Shown here one piece after another: positions 59,809 through 64,000 of a stretch of 64,000 nucleotides of DNA (positions within the stretch are counted from its first letter, which is position 1; each line of letters opens with the position of its first letter). Source of the stretch: Macrostomum lignano. Lineage: Eukaryota. The notes beneath the pieces were generated by a model. It was not told where the DNA came from, ran no database searches, and saw nothing but the letters and a program-made list of their open reading frames with translations. Both the position numbers and the translations under genes were made by a program. The stretch spans positions 186,001-250,000 of the forward strand of contig NIVC01000124.1 of the NCBI GenBank assembly GCA_002269645.1, read 5' to 3'.

Positions 59809-62800
59809 ATGGAGTGACTGTGACAGTGATGGAGTGACTGTGAATGTGATGGAGTGACTTGATGGAGTGACTGTAACTGTGATGGAGTGACTGTGACTGT
59901 GATGGAGTGACTGTGACTGTGATGGAGTGACTGTGACTGTGATGAAGTGACTGCGAGTGTGATGGAGTGACTGTGACTGTGATGGAGTGACTGTAACTGT
60001 GATGGAGTGACTGTAAATGTGATGGAGTGACTGTGACTGTGATGGAGTGACTGTGACTGTGATGGAGTGACTGTGACTGTGATGAAGTGACTGCGAGTGC
60101 GATGGAGTGACTGTGACTGTGATGGAGTGACTGTAACTGTGATGGAGTGACTGTAAATGTGATGGAGTGACTGTGACTGTGATGGAGTGACTGTGACTGT
60201 GATGAAGTGACTGTAACTGTGATGAAGCGACTGTGAGTGTGATGGAGTGACTGTGACTGTGATGAAGTGACTGTAACTGTGATGAAGTGACTGCGAGTGT
60301 GATGGAGTGACTGTAAATGCGATGGAGTGACAGTGGGTGTAATAGAGTGACAGTGAGAGTAACAGAGTGACTGTGACTGTGATGGAGTTACTGTGAATGC
60401 GATGGAGTGACAAGAGGTGAGACGGAGTGACAGCGAGTGTGAAAGTGTGACAGTGAGTGTGACAGAATGACAGTATGATGAGAAGAGATTTGCACTCTCC
60501 AGATTTCTTTTTCAAGGTGTCCCTGGCGCGACCGTCAAGAGAGTGAGGGGTAAGGGGGATATTTTCTAGAGCAAGGGGAGCACTTCCCAAATCACAGGGG
60601 GCTGCCCGGCCAGCTGATTAAAATTAATTAGGTCCGTCCGAATGCAAATTAGTGGCCGCTGCGCCAGCTAGGGATGTGGGGGTGTCTTTCGCGGAATCTC
60701 TGAGTCCAGTCAGCAAGTATATGAGATCCTCAGGCCTTTATCAGAGTATAGCAAGTTTCCCTCACTCTGCGCTTTTGCCCGAGATTTCTGGCCAGCCGCT
60801 TTGAAGGATTTGAAAGACGAGGGAAAAAACTTTTTTCACGGCTTCAAGAATGGCGGTCGGTCATGATTGCTGCTTTGAGAGAAAAAGAAAGTTCTTAACT
60901 TTTATTTTGTCTGGCTTCAGCGAGATTTCCAAGATAGGGTTTCCCTGTATAGGTTGGAAGTTTCTAGAAAATCTTCCTAATTGGGGTGCCACAGAATTAA
61001 TATTAACTAGGGCTGTGAATGAGAACTGTGAATGAGAAAGGCGTGAAAATGAGTGTGATGGAGTGACTGTGAATAGGATGTAGTGACTGTGAGAGTGATA
61101 GAGTGACTGTGAATGTGATGGAGTGACAGTGAGTGTGATGGAGTGACAGTGAGTGTAATAGAGTGATTGTGAGTGGGATAGAGTGACTGTGAGTGTGATA
61201 GAGTGACTGTGAGTGTGATGGAGTGACTGTGAGTGTGATGGAGTGACAGTGAGAGTGATAGAGTGACAATGAATGTGATGGAGTGACTGTGAGTGTAATG
61301 GAGTGACAGTGAGTGTAATGGAGTGACAGTGAGTGTAATGGAGTGACAGTGAGTGTGATGGAGTGAGTGTGAGAGTGATGGAGTGACAGTGAGTGTGATG
61401 GAGTGACAATGAATGTGATGGAGTGACTGTGAGTGTAATGGAGTGACAGTGAGTGTAATGGAGTGACAGTGAGTGTAATGGAGTGACAGTGAGTGTGATG
61501 GAGTGAGTGTGAGAGTGATGGAGTGACAATGAGTGTGATGGAGTGACAATGAGTGTGATGGAGTGACTGTGAGTGTAATGGAGTGACAGTGAGTGTAATG
61601 GAGTGACAGTGAGTGTAATGGAGTGACAGTGAGTGTGATGGAGTGACTGTGAGTGTGATGGAGTGACTGTGTGTGCGATGGAGTGACTGTGTGAGTGATG
61701 GAGTGACAATGAGTGTGATGGAGTGACAATGAGTGTGATGGAGTGACAGTGAGTGTGATGGAGTGACAGTGAGTGTGATAGAGCGACTGTGAGTGTGATG
61801 GAGTGACAGTGAGTGTGATGGAGTGACTGTGAGTGTAATGGAGTGACAGTGAGAGTGATGGAGTGACAGTGAGTGTGATGGAGTGACAGTGAGTGTAATA
61901 GAGTGATTGTGAGTGGGATAGAGTGACTGTGAGTGTGATAGAGTGACTGTGAGTGTAATGGAGTGACAGTGAGAGTGATGGAGTGACAGTGAGTGTGATG
62001 GAGTGACAGTGAGTGTAATAGAGTGATTGTGAGTGGGATAGAGTGACTGTGAGTGTGATAGAGTGACTGTGAGTGTGATGGAGTGACAGTGAGAGTGATA
62101 GAGTGAGTGTAAGTATGAGAGACAGACAATGAGTCGTACAGAGTGACAGTGCTAGGGTGAGAGTGACAGTGAAATAGAGGGAGACTGACAAAATGAGACA
62201 ATATTATGGTGAGGCAGTAAGAAATTAAATCAACACTACTTTTATTTGTATGGCAATTTTCAGTTCCAGATTTAATAACGTTATCCGACTAGAAAAATAA
62301 TTCTTTAGTTGTACTTTTAAGTTTAACAGCAGATTGCGGTATGTAACTTGCGAGTGACAAATTACCAAGCCAGGCTCATTAACCTCCTAAGTCTATAAGG
62401 CGGCTTGTGGGGGCGCCTTCTGACTTATTCACTTAATTTGGCGCCTTCTGACTCATTCACTTAATTTGGCCCCCTTTGACTTATTCACTTAATTTGGCGC
62501 CTTCTGACTCATTCACCTAATTTGGCGCCTTCTGACTTATTCACTTAATTTGGCGCCTTCTGACTCATTCACTTAATTTGGCGCCTTCTGACTCATTCAC
62601 CTAATTTGGCGCCTTCTGACTTATTAACCTAATTTGGCGCCTTCTGACTTATTCACTTAATTTGGCGCCTTCTGACTCATTCACTTAATTTGGCGCCTTC
62701 TGACTTATTCACTTAATTTGGCGCCTTGTGACTCATTCACTTAATTTGGCGCCTTCTGACTTATTCACTTAATTTGGCGCCTTCTGACTTATTCACTTAA

Positions 62801-64000
62801 TTTGGCGCCTTCTGACTCATTCACTTAATTTGGCGCCTTCTGACTCATTCACTTAATTTGACGCCTTCTGATACATTCACCTAATTTGGCGCCTTCTGAC
62901 TCGTTCACCTAATTTGGCGCCTTCTGACTCATTCACCTAATTTGGCGCCTTCTGACTTATTCCCTTAATTTGGCGCCTTCTGCCTCATTCACCTCATTTG
63001 GCGCCTTCTGACTTATTCACTTAATTTGGCGCCTTTTGACTTATTCCCTTAATTTGGCGCCTTCTGACTCATTCACCTCATTTGGCGCCTTCTGATGCAT
63101 TCACTTAATTTGGCGCCTTGTGACTCATTCACTTAATTTGGCGCCTTGTGATGCAACCATGTCGCCTCCTGACACCAATCTTGGCGCCTCCAGTTAAACG
63201 ACCGAGTTTGTTGAGTTCCCAATTCGCTAGCCGCATCCACCCCCAAGAATTCCTGACCAATGGGAACTGTGCTAGGCAGTATTTTCTAAGGCTTAATACC
63301 CTCACAGTAGTGTATAAAATATGCTAAAAAATTCCAATAGGAATTTTGTCCTCTTCGCCGCGTTCTTTTCTCATTTAAAATGCTCAAATAAACAAATAAT
63401 TCACGCGAGGTTCGATTTTAAACGAAAACTACAGCTCAAACTATGGAAGGTGTAAAATTAACCCGATCCAAGTCGCTGCCCGATTCGAGACTATTCGAAG
63501 CTTTGGTTCGAAAATTTTCCAGGTGAGCCATGTTGCCCCCCCCCCTAATCTCACCTCATTAGCACCTGTTTAATGAATGTATCCTGAGCAGTAATGCTCA
63601 GTAATGATGCTTAGTACAGAAATGTTGTCGAATCCAGACTTGGGAATACTTTGTCAACTGGGGATCTGGTAGGCTGGCCCAGCAACTGAGGATCTGGGAG
63701 GCTGGCTCAGCAACTGAGGATCTGGGAGCTGGCTCAGCAACTGACACTCTGGGAGGCTGGCCCAGCAACTGAGGATCTGGGAGGCTGGCCCACCAACTGA
63801 GGATCTGGGAAGCTGGCTCAGCAACTGACACTCTGGGAGGCTGGCTCAGCAACTGACACTCTGGGAGGCTGGCTCAGCAACTGACACTCTGGGAGGCTGG
63901 CCCAGCAACTGACACTCTGGGAGGCTGGCCCAGCAACTGAGGATCTGAGAGGCTGGCCCAGCAACTGAGGATCTGGGAGGCTGGCCCAGCAACTGAGGAT
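59809..64000 (+). repeat. Segmental duplication, copy 2 (runs off the window end)
   Basis: Offset ~16.1 kb from copy 1; only scattered substitutions in unique blocks; array lengths differ. Confidence 0.95.
63443..63522 (+). CDS. Duplicate of candidate exon 1 (MEGVKLTRSKSLPDSRLFEALVRKFS)
   Basis: Identical to 47283-47362 including the GTGAGC donor. Confidence 0.45.

Overview
Eukaryotic (animal) genomic DNA, not prokaryotic: GT-AG introns, no CRISPR array, no rRNA operon. The density of 15-48 bp minisatellites in introns and intergenic DNA resembles a free-living flatworm such as Macrostomum (inference only). Most long ORFs in the track are minisatellite artefacts. Genes rebuilt by hand from splice phases: KIAA2013/DUF2152 homolog (+, 7 exons, 9973-21420), RPL3 (+, 2 exons), intronless UFD1 (+), an uncharacterised polyQ protein (+, 5 exons), a divergent homeobox gene (+, 3 exons), a candidate Ser/acidic gene (+, 47283-50762) and a single-domain ACE-like M2 peptidase (-, 7 exons, one GC-AG intron). 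A truncated ACE paralog lies head-to-head with ACE. A ~5 kb block (43.4-48.3 kb) recurs ~16.1 kb downstream. Main leads: (1) three nested DNA transposons with 8-bp TSDs carrying two decayed copies of the 28S rRNA helix-69/R2 target segment, both altered at the cut site; (2) complementary (GACA)n/(CTGT)n tracts bracketing in-frame ACE exons 2-3, a circRNA-type layout; (3) a structured RPL3 intron with a cryptic stop-introducing acceptor; (4) an ACE lacking the usual carboxylate-binding residues; (5) many different minisatellites sharing a TTTGGCGCC-type core; (6) a MIR-like CORE-SINE. All alignments were done by eye against recalled reference sequences; no searches were run.
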